A stretch of 64,000 nucleotides of DNA from Bigelowiella natans CCMP2755 (Eukaryota; Protista; Cercozoa), in the NCBI GenBank assembly GCA_000320545.1, contig ADNK01001322.1, forward strand, positions 1-64,000, given 5' to 3'. Numbering within the stretch: the first letter of the stretch is position 1; each line of letters opens with the position of its first letter. Under the pieces are notes generated by a model. It ran no database searches and was not told the DNA's origin. It saw nothing but the letters and a program-made list of their open reading frames with translations. Shown here piece after piece: positions 13,930-28,492 of this stretch. The translations under genes were made by a program, and so were the position numbers.

Positions 13930-14850
13930 GACAACAATTTTTCTTTGTCGCCTGTCTGTGTGATGTGTCGTCTGTGGAGCAGTGCTCACAGATCACCAAA
14001 CGCTTGTCTGAGAAGCTAGAGGGCTAGAGGGGGTCACCATCACCACCGCTAGATGGACTGGTGGACGACTTCGAACAAGCGAAACTAGAAAAGTCTAGAA
14101 AGTGAGTTCCCGACCCAGGCCCAGAGGTACCAGCAGGCTGGCAGGCTAGCAGGCCTTCAAGGAACAGCTAGACTTCCATTGTCAATGGTCAAATTCTCAC
14201 AATCTAGCAATTTTGTGCATCGCTGGTGAACTAGCTAGCTACATGGTGAAGCCACTCTGAAGTCCAATTTCAAATTGAACTGATGGACTCTAGCTAGCTA
14301 GGATCAGTCTGTGTAGCAGTGGATTGTTCTAGTTCGAGCTTGTTGGCTAGCTAGCAATGATGGAATGTGAAGTCTAGAAGTCCAGATGAGTGCTGTGTCG
14401 ATCGCGCATCCGTGTTGCATGCTGGCATGCCTAGATGCGAGTGAATGAAACGCTGAAATGTTGCATTGGCATCCGCCTGATTTGAATCCAAGGATGGCTT
14501 GGAAGACAAAAGCAATGCTCACGCATGCTGGCATGCTAGCATGCAGCAAGTGTCTTTCATGACTAGATTGGCACAATTGGACACTTGGAGCAAGCTAGCA
14601 AGTCTAGAAGTGTGAATTTGGGCTTCACCACTTGTTCATTCAATCGTCTACTCGAAAGCGCAAGCACAAAATTTTGCAATGCACACAGGCACACACATTG
14701 ATGGCTACTTGCGTCGCGACGATCTTGTAAATGCTGAAACTAGTGCATTTCATCCAATGCAAATTCCATCCCACTGCAATCTAGCAATGAGCACATCATC
14801 GCTGCACACCTAGATGTCAGATTTCGCTCCTTTTCTGGATGCATCACCAT
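13930..14850. other. TpA-erased island 1 (CTAG-rich)
   Basis: Manual count: about 25 CTAG and only about 6 other TA in about 920 bp. Confidence 0.9.
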
Positions 14851-15045
14851 TGTTTACCACATTAAACCGCACGCACTGGATGCGAAGCTGGCTTTATGAA
14901 GATTTTTCATCTGCAAAAATTTTCCTGTAATGACAAACACCAAAATGTGTCACTGTTTCAGAGATAGCGGTCATGAGAAATCTGGTCGATTTGTGATGAA
15001 AATAAACGCATGATAGCAATCTGCTTTTGTTGCGGGATAATCTAG

Positions 15046-15421
15046 TTACCCTTTTTTTAAGTTGTATTCATCCAAGGACTGAACAATTTTTGCCTGAAGA
15101 TATCACGTGGTTCCAAAATAGTGTGATGAAGCTAATACGTGGCCAAAAAAAAAATGATGTGCACCGTCGCGGCCACATTTTCCATCGTAATTTTATCAAC
15201 TTTATCCGTTTCCGCCAAAGCCCTGAGCATGAAAATTAGTACAACTCGAATAACAATTAATATTCATTAATCATTCGCCTAAATCATTTCACTATTCCAA
15301 TTGATTTATTGTCGTCGTATTATCATTAACATAACACCTTATTTATCTATCTGCCATGTAATGCAGGCCTATCATGCTAAGCACACCAATTACTGTAATT
15401 ACTGTAGTATGTTACAGCAGT

Positions 15422-15461
<40 letters not shown>

Positions 15462-18400
15462 TCAGAGCACGTCGTCGTCAGTGGCGAACACTCTACCGTC
15501 AGATTAATACCGAGAAAGCCGGAGACACGTTCTAATTTGCCGACCGTTTAAGGGATATGACTCGCCGAGGGCCTAGCAGTCCGTCACAGACAATTGTAAA
15601 GAAAAAAGAGAGACGAGAATAATTATGATGTTATGTACATACGACACTCTTGAAATTGTTATCATTGTTATTGCTGCTGCTACCGCTACGGTGTTATGTT
15701 ATCTATCAACTCTGCCGACAATAGACATGGGACTTATGAATGAACTAACTAAGCATGCTTACTTTAAAGTCAAGCTCAACAGCGCGCTTATCCTTTCCGT
15801 TGTTCTGTCGTATTATTAGAAATGTACGTAGTATGTTGGGGAGGGGTGAATTTGATATGATCAAATTTCTGTTCTGCTTATTTGATGTGGTGTTTTTCAA
15901 TTATCGGCTATAAATAACCATCTTCTCGCTGAGCTGCTTCCAAATGGTGGCTCTACAGAATAGCGGAGATAGAGAGAGAGAAAGATGAAAAGGAAGGTTT
16001 TAATTAAGGCCTGGGACAATATCTATAAGCATGGAATAAGTAGGGCGTAGGATGAATGGATGATAAATGAGCAGTAGTATCTCGTATCATTTTGTACGCA
16101 ATAATTCATTTTATTACCGCGCATCTGAGGTCAAGTCTTCATAGTGCAAAGCCATAGAAATTCGAGACTGATGATGACAGACAACACAATGATGGTGCTG
16201 GCCTCGAAACAGTGCGCAAAGTAGAATGCCGGCAAAAGAGAAGGAGAGAAGAAGAAGATGGTGATGAAGAAGAAAACGCAGCAGAAAACGAAGGAGGACA
16301 AATCTATAGAAATCATCCCGTCTGTCATAACCAATCGCTACTAGTTGTGAGCAAAGGAATGCGTGTGATCATATGATACTTTGAACGCTGGATCGAAGCA
16401 TTCAACCCTGTTCGTTGTCTGAAAAAAACGAGAGAAAAGAAGGGGGGATATACATATATTAACTGATGTTTTCTGGTTATGATGCTGCTGTTCTACATCA
16501 ATACGAGGTGTATTTCATGATGAGGGGCAACTGACGAGAAAGATAATGCCGTCATGGTACTCCAGCAGTCGTAGGAAGATCCCAACAAGCGCACATCGGT
16601 TGATATCGTTGATTGTCCTTTTAAAAATGATATGATGAATTGAGTGTTTTCCAATTTCTGATTTGATGATGATGATAATGATGATAATAATGGTAATGTG
16701 ATCACGACCTTTTTTCCAGAAATACGTCTGCTTCATCCAACCTGTCATTCAAAAGCAAAAAATTATCAATATTCAGATGAAAAAGTCTTTCACTTATTAC
16801 AGACTGGTGTCCATCTGCACACATAGTTGATCGTTTCTTGGAAATCTACGACTTACAGGATGATGGCCCTCCAAATAGATGCTAATTCAAGGATCTGAAA
16901 GAGGAGAGTGAGCGATTTTGCACAGAAACCATGAGAGAAAGGGGGAAGAGAGAGGAAGGGAGAGATGAGTGAATGAGTGAGAGAGAGAGAGAAGGATAGG
17001 TTAGAGCAAAAGAGAGATATGGTATTGAACGTAAGATCACGCTTTGGCAAATGATGCATAATACGGTAACTTGTGAATACCTGTGTGAGGTTTCTCTCAA
17101 GCTCCTGAGCTGTCACCTGGAGACGAGCAAGCATACATTTATTTATGGAGGAGTATAGGATGAAGTAGATTTAAATTTGAATCATCGTCGGCCCAATGAA
17201 ATTGCATGAAAATGATAGTTTTAATATGGCATGCATGTTATTATATATTTTATTTTATCTTCTACTCCCCCCTTCTCTCCATCCTCCCCTTACCCCCCCC
17301 CCCTCCTCCATTTGTGGAAGTACCCCAAGTTCGCCGACAGAGACAGTGTACAGCGGCCTTTCAAGCATCTCCGCAAGGGATTCGGCCGTCAATGTCTTCC
17401 CGGTTCCTTACGGATCGATCATTTTGGTAATTATTGTTGAGTTGTCTTCAAAGTAGCTGCGAATTTTAGATAATTGTAATGTAATTAACTAAGACCTGGA
17501 TTGCCATGAAGAAGGAAAACTGCTCCTCCTCCTGCCATATTACATCAAAGCTGAGTAAGCAAATAATAAGAAAGGAGGAGGGCTATGCGACAGGAAAAGG
17601 AGTGCACGGCTTTAAGAGGCAGACACTTCCCCATTCCTTCCCAACCAACAACGCAACATTATCACAATGACCCTTGCCAGCAATGAAGTCGCTGCTGCCT
17701 CCTTGTTCTTTCACATCCCTATCCTCCACATCATGGAAGGTTTGCTGCACTAGCGTTTGAATCAGCTTCTTCTCCTATATGTGTGGTAGTAGGGGGCAAA
17801 TAGCGTTGGTTGCGTGGATACAGTTATCTGCAAGTTTCAGAATAGTATGAGACCTTTACAGGGCGCACGAGTTGATTGAACGCGTTGTGGTCAAATCTAA
17901 GACATTCAATATCGGGTTACGAGCATCGAAATTAATAAAACTAAATTCTTTAGCCCCCCCCCTCGGTTTCATCATTCATAAACTACACTACCTGATAGGT
18001 GCAAGCTGGTCAACGCGAGCTTCGCCCCATGCCTTAGCGCGTAAGGAGAACACAAAGACTGTTGGCCAGCACAGGCACAACTCGTCCTCTGGCACCTTCT
18101 TTTGGATATTTCCTGGTCTTCCACGTGCCTATAAAAGTACACGTTAATAATGAATAAAAGGGTGCAAGGTGGAAGGCAATTATATTTACACAACAATGAG
18201 GGTAGAGATAATAAATGAACCTCATCTACAAAGAGTTCATGAGAAATTTGACAGCCCGCAAGATCGTGGATCCGAATTGTCAATATCATCATCACCATTA
18301 CCATAAAGACGAGCACGCTATCCATCATCATCGTGGATGATAGTTATTATCATCGTTATAATCTACATAAAGACATCGTGAAGACCTGATTCTGAACTTC

Positions 18401-18583
18401 CCAGGCTCCGGTGCATCTTCCCATGTTTACCAGGAAGTGGTTTGGTTGGAACTTGTACAGATGTTGTATGGATGTTGTTGTATGACAAATACGAATGAAT
18501 CAATGGAGCAATGTATCATCATCATCGCTCAATTAAACCATTTCATAGAATGGGTGATTCGATGAACAAAAGTAACCCTACAG

Positions 18584-18614
<31 letters not shown>

Positions 18615-18911
18615 ATATTCTTCTTCTTCCACCACTACACCATCTACATGCACTGAATTCCATGTTATTTTTCTATAAAGCTGCTCGCGGATTATCATAA
18701 ACACTATCAATGGACTACAATGGTCAGAACCATATCCAACATATTTAATGAGGAATACGATAACCATGGTCATTGCTAGTCATGATGAATAGTATTACTT
18801 GAGCGAAGGAAGCATGATCAATTATGAGCCTTCCGACTGCCCTCACACGCCTCACTACGAACGATCTAACCATCAAGTGGCCTACCAACAAATCACATAT
18901 GAACGCACACA

Positions 18912-18951
<40 letters not shown>

Positions 18952-19898
18952 TTGCTTCCTATTTGCATCGTTCGATGACACATCAACACAGCAGCAGCAC
19001 CTGAATAGTGCAGGTGACTGATTCCTTGAGAAGACTTGACGTACATCCTGTTCACGATCGTTATTTTTCGGGGACTCATGCATCTCCTCATCTTAGAAGG
19101 TCTAAAATGGTCTCAAATCCTACCTTCCTCGTTCCGTAAGTTGCTTGTGGAGTTGAGAGCCCTTCTTCAAAGGCCGGACAGGGAGCTTTGGTCACCATGA
19201 TTCGTTAGACAAATTATTTTACGCTCTGGGAAGGACGATTTACACACCTCATCAATGGATCTGGATCCAGAGAATTCTCCTATCGCTTTTGGAAAGGTCA
19301 ATCCAAAGAACCCTTTTCCATTTGACTGAATTAAAACAGCAGGTCAGTCTTTTTCACTGAAAACACGAGTGGTGGTAAGGGATTCCAGCAAATGATGATG
19401 ATGATTGTTACCAGAAGGACTTTGCATTGGATAGATGTCTAAGGAAAACCACATATTCTTAGATTTCATTTAAGACTTGATTTAAAGAGAGTTACTAACA
19501 TATCCAGGGTTGAGTCCAATCGATTTTTGCTGGTACAGCCCTGTAACCTAAGCAGTGTTTAGAGGACAAATGCGTACTGACAACAATGCGCCATCAGCTT
19601 CGCATGCACTTACAACTCCGGCCACGACGAGGTTAGATCCGTCGATCCAGCATACTTTCTGGCCCTGTTCGATATGTGGAATGACGTTTGGAACTACATG
19701 GAAAATCAGGGATGTGATGATGTCACAGGGTACGTACCTCTGGGAATAGCTTAGTAATGTTTCGGTATCGGATCTCCCCTTCCTTGGTCTCACTCTAGAT
19801 GATGCAATTTTATCAGTCTGGTATTACCTACCTCGAGACCCAAAATCAAAACCCTGCAATGGCATAACCGTGAACAACGATGCGATGAGAGCTGCCAT
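15046..19898 (-). CDS. AAA+ ATPase of the family expanded in fungi (DUF7025-associated type), multi-exon
   Basis: Exons give ELCLCWPTVFVFSLRAKAWGEARVDQL, FDHNAFNQLV, DFIAGKG|GAVFLLHGNPG|TGKTLTAESLAE (Walker A), IILLDEADVFLEKR (Walker B), FLRLLEYHDGIIFL|TTNRV and LNGRQIR. Stop after ...NLKKG at 15046. Start uncertain. Confidence 0.85.
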
Positions 19899-20286
19899 TG
19901 TTGCTTGTTTGTGCTCTGGAATCTGTGCAGAGGTTTCCGAGAGCATTCTGTGTTGCGTTTCCAGACACATTTTCAAGATAATATACATGCCGTTTACTAC
20001 GAACGACAACCGGAAAAACGCATCTTTCACATAGATTTATTCTGGCGAAATCGTGGGGAAGTGTGCCCTTGCGACAACGATCGTACGGAAGAAAATTATC
20101 AGTTTTTCGACGACTGCGAAACCGGACAAGATTAGTTTCTTGCGACATCGACTCCCTCCGAAAACATTATAAAAAAAGGCTGGGTTATGTGCGCGTGCCG
20201 GTCCATTTCCTTGACGCGGAGAGAGAATGCCCAGGATTTGCTTTCTTTTCATTGTGTGCCGTTGGTTGTTGGTAGGTGAAAAAAAA

Positions 20287-22246
20287 ATGCCTCAAAACGT
20301 GGCCACAGACACCAATAGCGTAGTGGCGTCGAGGCAACCAACCAGCAGCAAGCAGACTAATTTCACGGTCCAGGGAAGTTAATGGTAATCATTAACTATA
20401 TAATATTACTTTAAAAACTAGATTTATAATTCTACTCGATGAATGTGTAAGGTGTCGCGGGAAGGCTGGGTTCTCTACAAAAATCCTGAGGTAAATTACT
20501 CTATGAAATCTTTCATCAAGGAGTTTCGCAGACAAAAACGGTAATATCTAAGGGTGTTGAAATCGATGGATGGTGCTACCTCCACAAGAAGGGCGTATTT
20601 CGACGAGAAACATCAGACAGAAGATTTTTCCGCCTTGTAAGAAAGCCGACTCAGGTCAGCGCTGCTTTAATGGTGATATCTGAAGGATATTGCAATATAT
20701 TTGACGGCGTCTAACTGTAGTCCAAATTTTTATTCTAAATCGGAGTTTGCCCTGATTTGTCTGTTCTTCGTTCTGTCAGCTGTGGTTCTACTCCAACGAG
20801 CGGACGTGGAAACCTAGAGGATGTGTCCTGTTGCGGGTTGGTAGTATAGGTGTATGGCAATGTTCATGGAACAGATAATCACTTCAAGCATTTAATCTCC
20901 CTTCTCAAGATTTGGCTTATATCACACGTTATTCTAGGACAAATATGGAACCCAGGCCGAAGTGCATCTTAAGGATCACACCGTAGCAAATACACCAAAA
21001 AAACAGACAAATCACTATGTGCCAAAAATAATAAACATACCTATGGTCTTGATTGATAAATCTATTGCTATCCAAAATAAATTGGTAGGTGTACATAGAA
21101 ATTCACAAAGCCTCGTTTTCGAAAAGGAAGGCCGATCGCAAAAAAGTTGCGAAGTTACGTTTTGATTCCACAGAAGAAGCAACAAAATGGCACAGCAAGA
21201 TTCAAGGATGCCTATCGAAAGAAGAACGAACAATTAAATTGGAGGAGAAACAGGTGCATCATCTCAGTCTGTTTCGAAGAAGAAGCGATAACATCAGTAC
21301 AAGATCAGCACCAGAATCCCCCATCCGAAAACTACGAAATCGGGATGATATTGCTAAAAAAACGACGAGCAGCCGTGTGATGGCGATGAAACAAGCGGTA
21401 TCGTTCGGAACTACCCTTCTCACCAAAACTACTACGGTTGAGAGCAGTATGAGATCACAGGATCATAACCAAGATAAATCCTACCATCATCAGCAGTCTC
21501 TCTTTCATGCGCACAAGTACCATGGAGGTGGAGGGGGGGGAGCAACCCCTCGCAGCGATCCCATGGGATCCTTCCGTGAAGAAGACATAAATGCTGAATC
21601 ACTGCAGATGGAACAGCAGCAACAGTACTTCGATGCAAATAACAATATAAGCGGTACCTCCAACTCTCCCCCTTCATCAAGGAGTAGGAGATCGTCTTCA
21701 GCTGCGGCAGTAGTGGGGTCTAGTTCCAGATCTCCTACATCATCCTGGAAGGACCGTCGTTCATCTGACAGAAAAAACAAGCCTGACCGCGGTGTGAGAA
21801 CTGCCAAGGTCTCTCACACAAGCGCTGGGGCTCCTTCTCCTCCTCCTCCTCCTCCTCCTCCTCCTCCTCCTCCTCTTCCAGCTCTTTCTATCAAGTCTAC
21901 CGCTAGCCCTTCACGTACTCCGGCTGATTCCCCACAGACAGAATCCAAGTCAGAAACACCCCATCATCATCATCATTCTCCTGTAAAGGAGCTTCCATCC
22001 CTCAGAACGGCACAAAGTGCACCATATTATTACCAGAGCTCCGTTGCTACAACCGCTAGTGGAAGCGGTGGGAGCGGAGGTAGCAGTAGTAATATCACGG
22101 CATTTTTCAAAGTAAGGTCCAGCACATTCAGGACTGCGACAATGACTTTGAGTAATGAGAAGAGGAACTTGCATCGAGAGACGCAACAACAGGAGGAAAG
22201 GTTTGATCGCGCTCAAACACCAGATAGTGTTGTGCCTGTTGACTAA
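20287..22246 (+). CDS. PH-domain protein with Pro/Ser-rich disordered C-terminus
   Basis: Exons EGWVLYK, EIDGWCYLHKKGVF...RRFFRLV, LWFYSNERTWKPRGCVLL and LRFDSTEEATKWHSKI (PH terminal helix Trp). Last exon is ORF 21089-22246 with a poly-Pro run. Confidence 0.75.
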
Positions 22247-22258
22247 GTTGTGAAATGT

Positions 22259-22294
<36 letters not shown>

Positions 22295-23070
22295 AACATA
22301 TGTATATTATATTTACTTAAGGAAGATGTCCAAACATGTTGCCGCAAGAAAGCAAGCGATGCTAGGACTGAAAGTTTTTGATTTGCTGGTATAATACTTG
22401 AATAATCTAGTAATGTCAGCACATGAAAATAAAGCAAGCTCGTTGTCGGCGTGTCGCCGCATAGATCTGCATGCTCAAGTGCTGTCAGAGCTTGCAGGAC
22501 TGGACGGGTGAGCACGTATTTTGCAAGCTAGAAATGCTACAGAGTAGAAAACGCATGATATTCCATTAGCGCGTTCGTCTAGATGTATGTATCGCATGAT
22601 GTCGCAGGGACACAACCGCTTGACATGGTATAGCACACATGAAGACAGCTAGTCATGACTAGCTAGCTAGCCGCGTAACTATGCTGGCGTATGAATGAGA
22701 TGTACACAGTCGCAAATGCTTATTCACAGCATTCATACATGAAATGCTAGAGCGTACACACGGCACATGCTAGCACATAATCGCTGAAATGAACAAAGTT
22801 AACTTAATAAGCGCTCTAGCCGCTGCAGCTCTGCAAACCTACGTGCACCATTTGCACAAATAAGGTGGGGAAAATTATTTTTCAGTTTTTGCACTGTCAC
22901 TGTATAATACTCATTTTCTGAGCGAGAAGCAGGCGTGCTTCTGCTTCTACATGCTGCGCATACGACATAACACATAGCAAATCTAATTGCTAAATACGTA
23001 ATTTCTTTTTCGATCAAGACTCAAGCCACTGAGACTGTATAATTCGGCGCTGGGTCGCATTGGTGTCCAT

Positions 23071-26000
23071 CTACCTCGTCACCCACTCGTGCGTAACAAT
23101 TTCCTTTGCAGTTAACCTCTCCTCGGGAACCTTTTTCCAGCATGCAGTGAGAAGTTTCTCACACAGCATGGAGGGGGCACTGTCTCCGATCGGCAATCGT
23201 GGTGGCCCTTCCCTTGCGATTTTAAACAAAGCTGGGATAGGAGCGAGGTTGTTGTACGGTTTGTGGCCTGTAACCATGGCATAGACGACTGACCCGAGGG
23301 ACCAGATATCAGCAGGATACGAATAGGGCTGCACACGCGCAACCTCTGGAGCCTGAAGGTTAGGAAGAGGCGTAAGCTACTGATTTGCAATGAAAGGCGA
23401 TAAAGAGATTATAGAAAGTATTGAGTATCAATCCACTGACCAGATACCACGGGGTTCCAACACACGAGCGCTGGATTGCAGCCTCCTCACCGGTCACATT
23501 CGCTGACACTCCAAAGTCTGAAATCTTCACGATGAAGCCTCCCGGTTCCGTGTCACTTTTGCGTAGCAAAAGGTTGGCCGGCTTCAAATCGCGGTGTATG
23601 ACTTTGTGCTTGTGCAGGTAGACCAGGCCCGATGCAACCTGGCGGGTGAGGGATGACGCCGTTGTTTCCAGAAGAGCCCCGTTGAGTCGGAGGAAAGCAT
23701 CCAAGTCTCCATCTGGCACGTACCTGATGTACATTGAACCAAGGTGAAATCTGATTTATCTAAAGCAACATGAAAATGGTGGGGTTCTTACTCCATGACA
23801 ATGTTGTAAAGAGTTCCGTGCGACCACCTAAATTTTGAAATGTGAAGGATCAGGAAATCTACACGCAACGATGCTACCCTTCAAACTAATTACCCATGCT
23901 TGACGAACACTCCGATGTACTGTACAATATTTTTGTGCCTGAACCTGCGAAGGATGGTCACCTCCCTCTCCAACACTTCCTCTGGAGATTTCTTACTCGC
24001 ACCATTATTTCTGGACTTTGGCTTGTTTGTGAGGCTGTTATGCACTGTGTTCCCAGTTGGAGCGACAAGCTGCTTTACAGCTACATCAGAGCCCTTAAAG
24101 CTGCCCAACCACACCTTAGCGTATCCTCCAGTCCCTATCACCCTCACTAGCTCTACAGATGATTCGCAAACTGATTCTTCCTGCTGTTTTTGCTCTTCTT
24201 TAGTTGAATCTATTGTAGTATCGAGCTGACTTTGATCCGTCATTGCTTCTCCTCCTCCTCCTCTTCTATTACTAGGACTAGGTTGTTGCGAGGAAGGGGG
24301 TGATTTCATCCCTGCTCTTCTCGGTGTGCGTCGTTCCGGCGACCTTGAGCTATGACGCGGCTGTGGTGGCAACAGTCTTCCCCTCCGCGTGAGTGTGATT
24401 TCCCGAGAAGATTTCCTTTCATTGGGCCTGCTCTTGCTGCTGCTGCTGCTACTGCCATCGTCACTACTGCTCTGTGGCAGCGGGGGCTTAGATACCGCAC
24501 CTGATAAGTTTTCGTACAATTTCGCATGAAAATCAAATAGCAACATTTTAGGCGTATGCGCAATATCAAGGATAATTCTGTTGGTGTGGTTTGTGTAAGC
24601 TTTGTTCTGAACTATACCGAGGGGAGGTTTCTTGTTGGATTTCCTTTCTGGGTTGTCATCATGAACCCTTTGCTGTAAATTTGAGCAACTTACTGGAATT
24701 TCATTAACCACGACACTCAGGGGCTTTAAGTCGAACCCCGCACGCAAGAGGGAAGAGGAAGGAGTCACGAAATCATTGGAGTCCAAACTCGAAGTGACCA
24801 GTTTGTGTTCCGAAAGATCATCTGTTTGTTGACTCTGATGAGGAGTACATGTTGGAACAATTGATGCTTTCATAGTTTTGACTGCTCTCTGTAGAATCTT
24901 ACTTAGCACCACGCTATCCTGACTTTCTGCTTGAGCCACATCCATATCCATATCCTTGAACTCAAAGTGCTGCTTTGAGACAGCACGAGAAAGAACGGGT
25001 TTCTCTGAGTCCACGCTTTCAGCGTCATTCTCATCTTCAGTTCCTCCTCCTCCTCCTCCTCCTCCTTCTTCTCTCCCTTTTCTTGCTTCGAGCCTGGCTA
25101 CTGCTTCACGTTGTGATTTTGGACTACTATCAACGATGCGGGTTCTTCGACTATCTTCTCGCCCTTCTTCCTCTCTAAATGCTTCCGTATCCTGGCGCGA
25201 CAACATACTCTCCACGCGCTCTTGGACTACCCTGAGTTCCTCCGATTCAGCATATTCAGTGGCAACGACGTCTGTAGAGCGAGGATTGATTGTCCTACTT
25301 TCCCTTCCTTTATTGTGAGGTGGTGGCATATGTGCGGCAGTGGTCCATGATGCTACGGACCCGGAGCCTCCTGACACGGTGCGGACTATGGAGTCTGAAC
25401 GGGAAGAATTTGTAAAAGAGTTTTCATCCTCTTTTCGCAGAATTTGCTGTTGTTGTAGTTGCTGCTGCGGACTACACTTTTGTCTCCTAACATCATGGAT
25501 ATCCTCATTATCTAATTCCTTTACTCGAACACGAGTACTGCGACTGGGGGAAGGTGGTGGAGGAGATGGTTGCATAGACACCACTTCGCTGGTGTTTCTT
25601 ATATTATCCCGAGTTGCTTTCAGACAATGTGAGAGCTTATTATCCTGGGTTAATTTGTTAGAATTTGAGAACTTTCCGGAAGAAGGAAGAGGCGAAAGAC
25701 TGGTATTCTGCTGTGTGTGGACGCCGAAAACATTATTCGTATCTGATCTTGACGTACTAGTAGGAGTAATTTTCTCGGCATCATTATCCGAGAATTGCAA
25801 CTGCGTGAGCGGAATATTCTTTCCAAGTTTATTGGTTAATGGCAAGTGACCCGCGTTTGCGCTCAAAGAGGAAAGTGAACTTGTACTTTCGAGCCTACAC
25901 AACAATGGAGATAGTGCATTATTTCTAGGCGCTTGAGAGAGGACGCTGAGAGAGCTACGACGGTGGCTTCGAGCCAAATTTTTGGTAGCCATGTTGTCTG

Positions 26001-27163
26001 TATCTGAAGTACGATATCTTCGAAGAAGAGTGCGCGACTTATTACTTAATGTAGCTCGTACAGCAGATATCCGATGGTTGTTAGCGCGATAGGGAGTTCG
26101 TTGAGCGGTAAGTCTTCTCAGCTGCTTATGCGATAGAGCAGAATGTCGTCGAGATGATATCCTCTTAGAGTGGGACGACGATTCAATGTGAAAAGCATCT
26201 ATTCTCGGATCTGAAACTTCCACATCAAGATGGGCTTGGAAGTGATCCCGAGTGCGTGAGTTCATTTTTGATATATCTTTTGTGGATTTGGGTGCATGGC
26301 TCAACGGCGGGAACTTATTTTTACTGTTCGTTGTAATCGCAGGAGCTGAGGCTGCTCTGTAAGATTTTATAGGACCGGAATCGAACTCCAGGCGCTTTGC
26401 ACCCTGGTCTCTACCACCACTCTGACCTATCGGCCAGAAGGTAGGATTTCGAGCTCCCCCCTTCAGCTTTGGCACATGGAAATGCTTCTTCTTCAAATCC
26501 GTTGACTGACGAGGAGAGAGGGGTCGGAGCGAATGCTTTGGGTGATAATGGGATGGTTTTCGTTTAAGATGGGGACGCTGCAGATCACTGCCGAATGAGG
26601 GCGCACATTGCTCCTGAGTAAAAACCAAAAAAAGGTGTGATCATCAATACCCTACTATTTCCTCAACAGATTATTTGCTTTCGACCGTGGAGTGTAAAGG
26701 AGGCCGTAGATTTAAACCCGAGTGCTTTCGACTCAACTCCATCATGAAAACGCTATCTTCAGCACATTGGCTGCAGAGGCAAAGGCAGGAGGAGGAGACA
26801 CCACCGTAACGCTTTTGATTCGAGCCGAACCGACAACGAAGAATTACTGAAAAGGATCGCAATAAATATGTGCGACAGCCACAATTTGGACAATTCTATT
26901 CTAGATCTAATTTTAACTCCAATTGTTCGATCATTCGAAGTTTCTCACTTTTCCCGTCGTACAATACGCTCTGCTTTGTCTTTACTGCGAAACAATCTCA
27001 ATTTCTTTGCTCTACTGGGTGGTGTACGCAAATTGCTGCTACTGGAAAGTTCTAGGTTTTTCTTCGTAAATTTAGGCTTTCTTGTCCATGATATCACTGT
27101 CGTATTTTTGCTCAGATGCACAGGCAAAATAGAGCGCCTTATCTTCCCTTCCGTCATCATCAT
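23071..27163 (-). CDS. Ser/Thr protein kinase, STE11/CDC15-like, with about 900-aa disordered N-terminus
   Basis: GTGGYAKVW, VAVKQL, HKNIVQYIG, IHRDLKPANLL, DFG, GTPWYL|APE, DIWSLG, ALFKIA and ERLTAKEI across GT-AG exons. Confidence 0.9.
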
Positions 27164-27746
27164 GTACCTTCGACATGCTGTCAGGGAAGACGGACACATA
27201 AAAAGTGTCCTAATTCAATATATTACGAAATCGGAACCTAACTTTCATCGTTGAGTAAATTACATGAAGCCGTTGAAATTCTACATACGTCTTTAATTTG
27301 ATGAGACTATTGGATACTAATCTCCAGCTATTTCTTTCTCTCTTTGAGTCGGGTGCTGGGAGATCAGTGTTTTTTTGTCATGTGGGGTACTCAGAATTCT
27401 AATAATATACTCTTACGACATGATATATACATAATTTCTGGGAAAAATATCATAAGTTCTAAACGCAAGTGATATTCAGCTTCAAACAAATGTATCTGAG
27501 AGTTGCCTGCCAGTGCTCGCCGTTCGCTGGGAATGAATTCAAATCAACCTTGTCTTCTATTGGAAGGGATATACTTTGAATTGTTCATAAATTTGTTTGA
27601 TCCCTCTGTCTCTATTGAATATTGTAATGGATTTGAATAGTAATGACATTGTTGACTGAGCTCCCAGTAGCTTAAAATCGTCTGCAGCAGGATCGATCGC
27701 AGGAAGTCTTGGGCCTCGACCTCTAGCTCACACACAACAAAGAAGC

Positions 27747-28442
27747 ATGCAAGCTCAAGAGAAATCACTACCATTTAAGCTTGTCCTACTGGGAGACTCT
27801 AACGTGGGCAAGTCAAGCATCGTCCTCCGATTTGTCCGAAAACAGTTTTTTGAGTACCAGGAGAGCACAATCGGAGGTAGTGAAGAGAGGCTTTGGAAGG
27901 CTTTTCGAAATAGACAATGCTCTGTGAGATTAATGGGAATTTATGATCAATAACCACCAATCAATAAAGAATATAGGAGAGAAGGACTATGTTTAATTCC
28001 TTCAGCTTCCCCCACCCCATATTCTGCAAATTCTTGGCATTAGTATTCTTGACTTTTTCTTTCCACTTCGAATGTTCCTCCAGCCGCCTTCTCCACCCAG
28101 ACCGTCAAAGTAGATGACTACACAGTAAAGTTTGAGATTTGGGACACCGCAGGTATGTTTCCCTGTCGTTTATCAGGGACCTATGATGCAAAATCAGTTC
28201 TGGTGTGGAGAGAAATAAGTGATTTCTTCTAGTTTTTTTTTATTTTGGAGGTTGAGACATACATAATACTTAATTCAGCCCATTTTTTTTTGGCTCGCAA
28301 CAGTGATTCGTGTATTCCATTAAGATAACATTATGTGTGAAGACACGGTTTATAAATGGGGAATTGTTGGATATTCTAGAACGATTATCTAATACATCCG
28401 AACATTTTGAATGCCGGAAGATAAAAACAAACCACTTTATAA

Positions 28443-28492
<50 letters not shown>

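Noticed and set aside
13930-14850. Classical RIP or CpG-methylation decay as the cause of the islands
   Set aside because: RIP enriches TpA and 5mC decay depletes CpG; here TpA is lost and CpG is retained.
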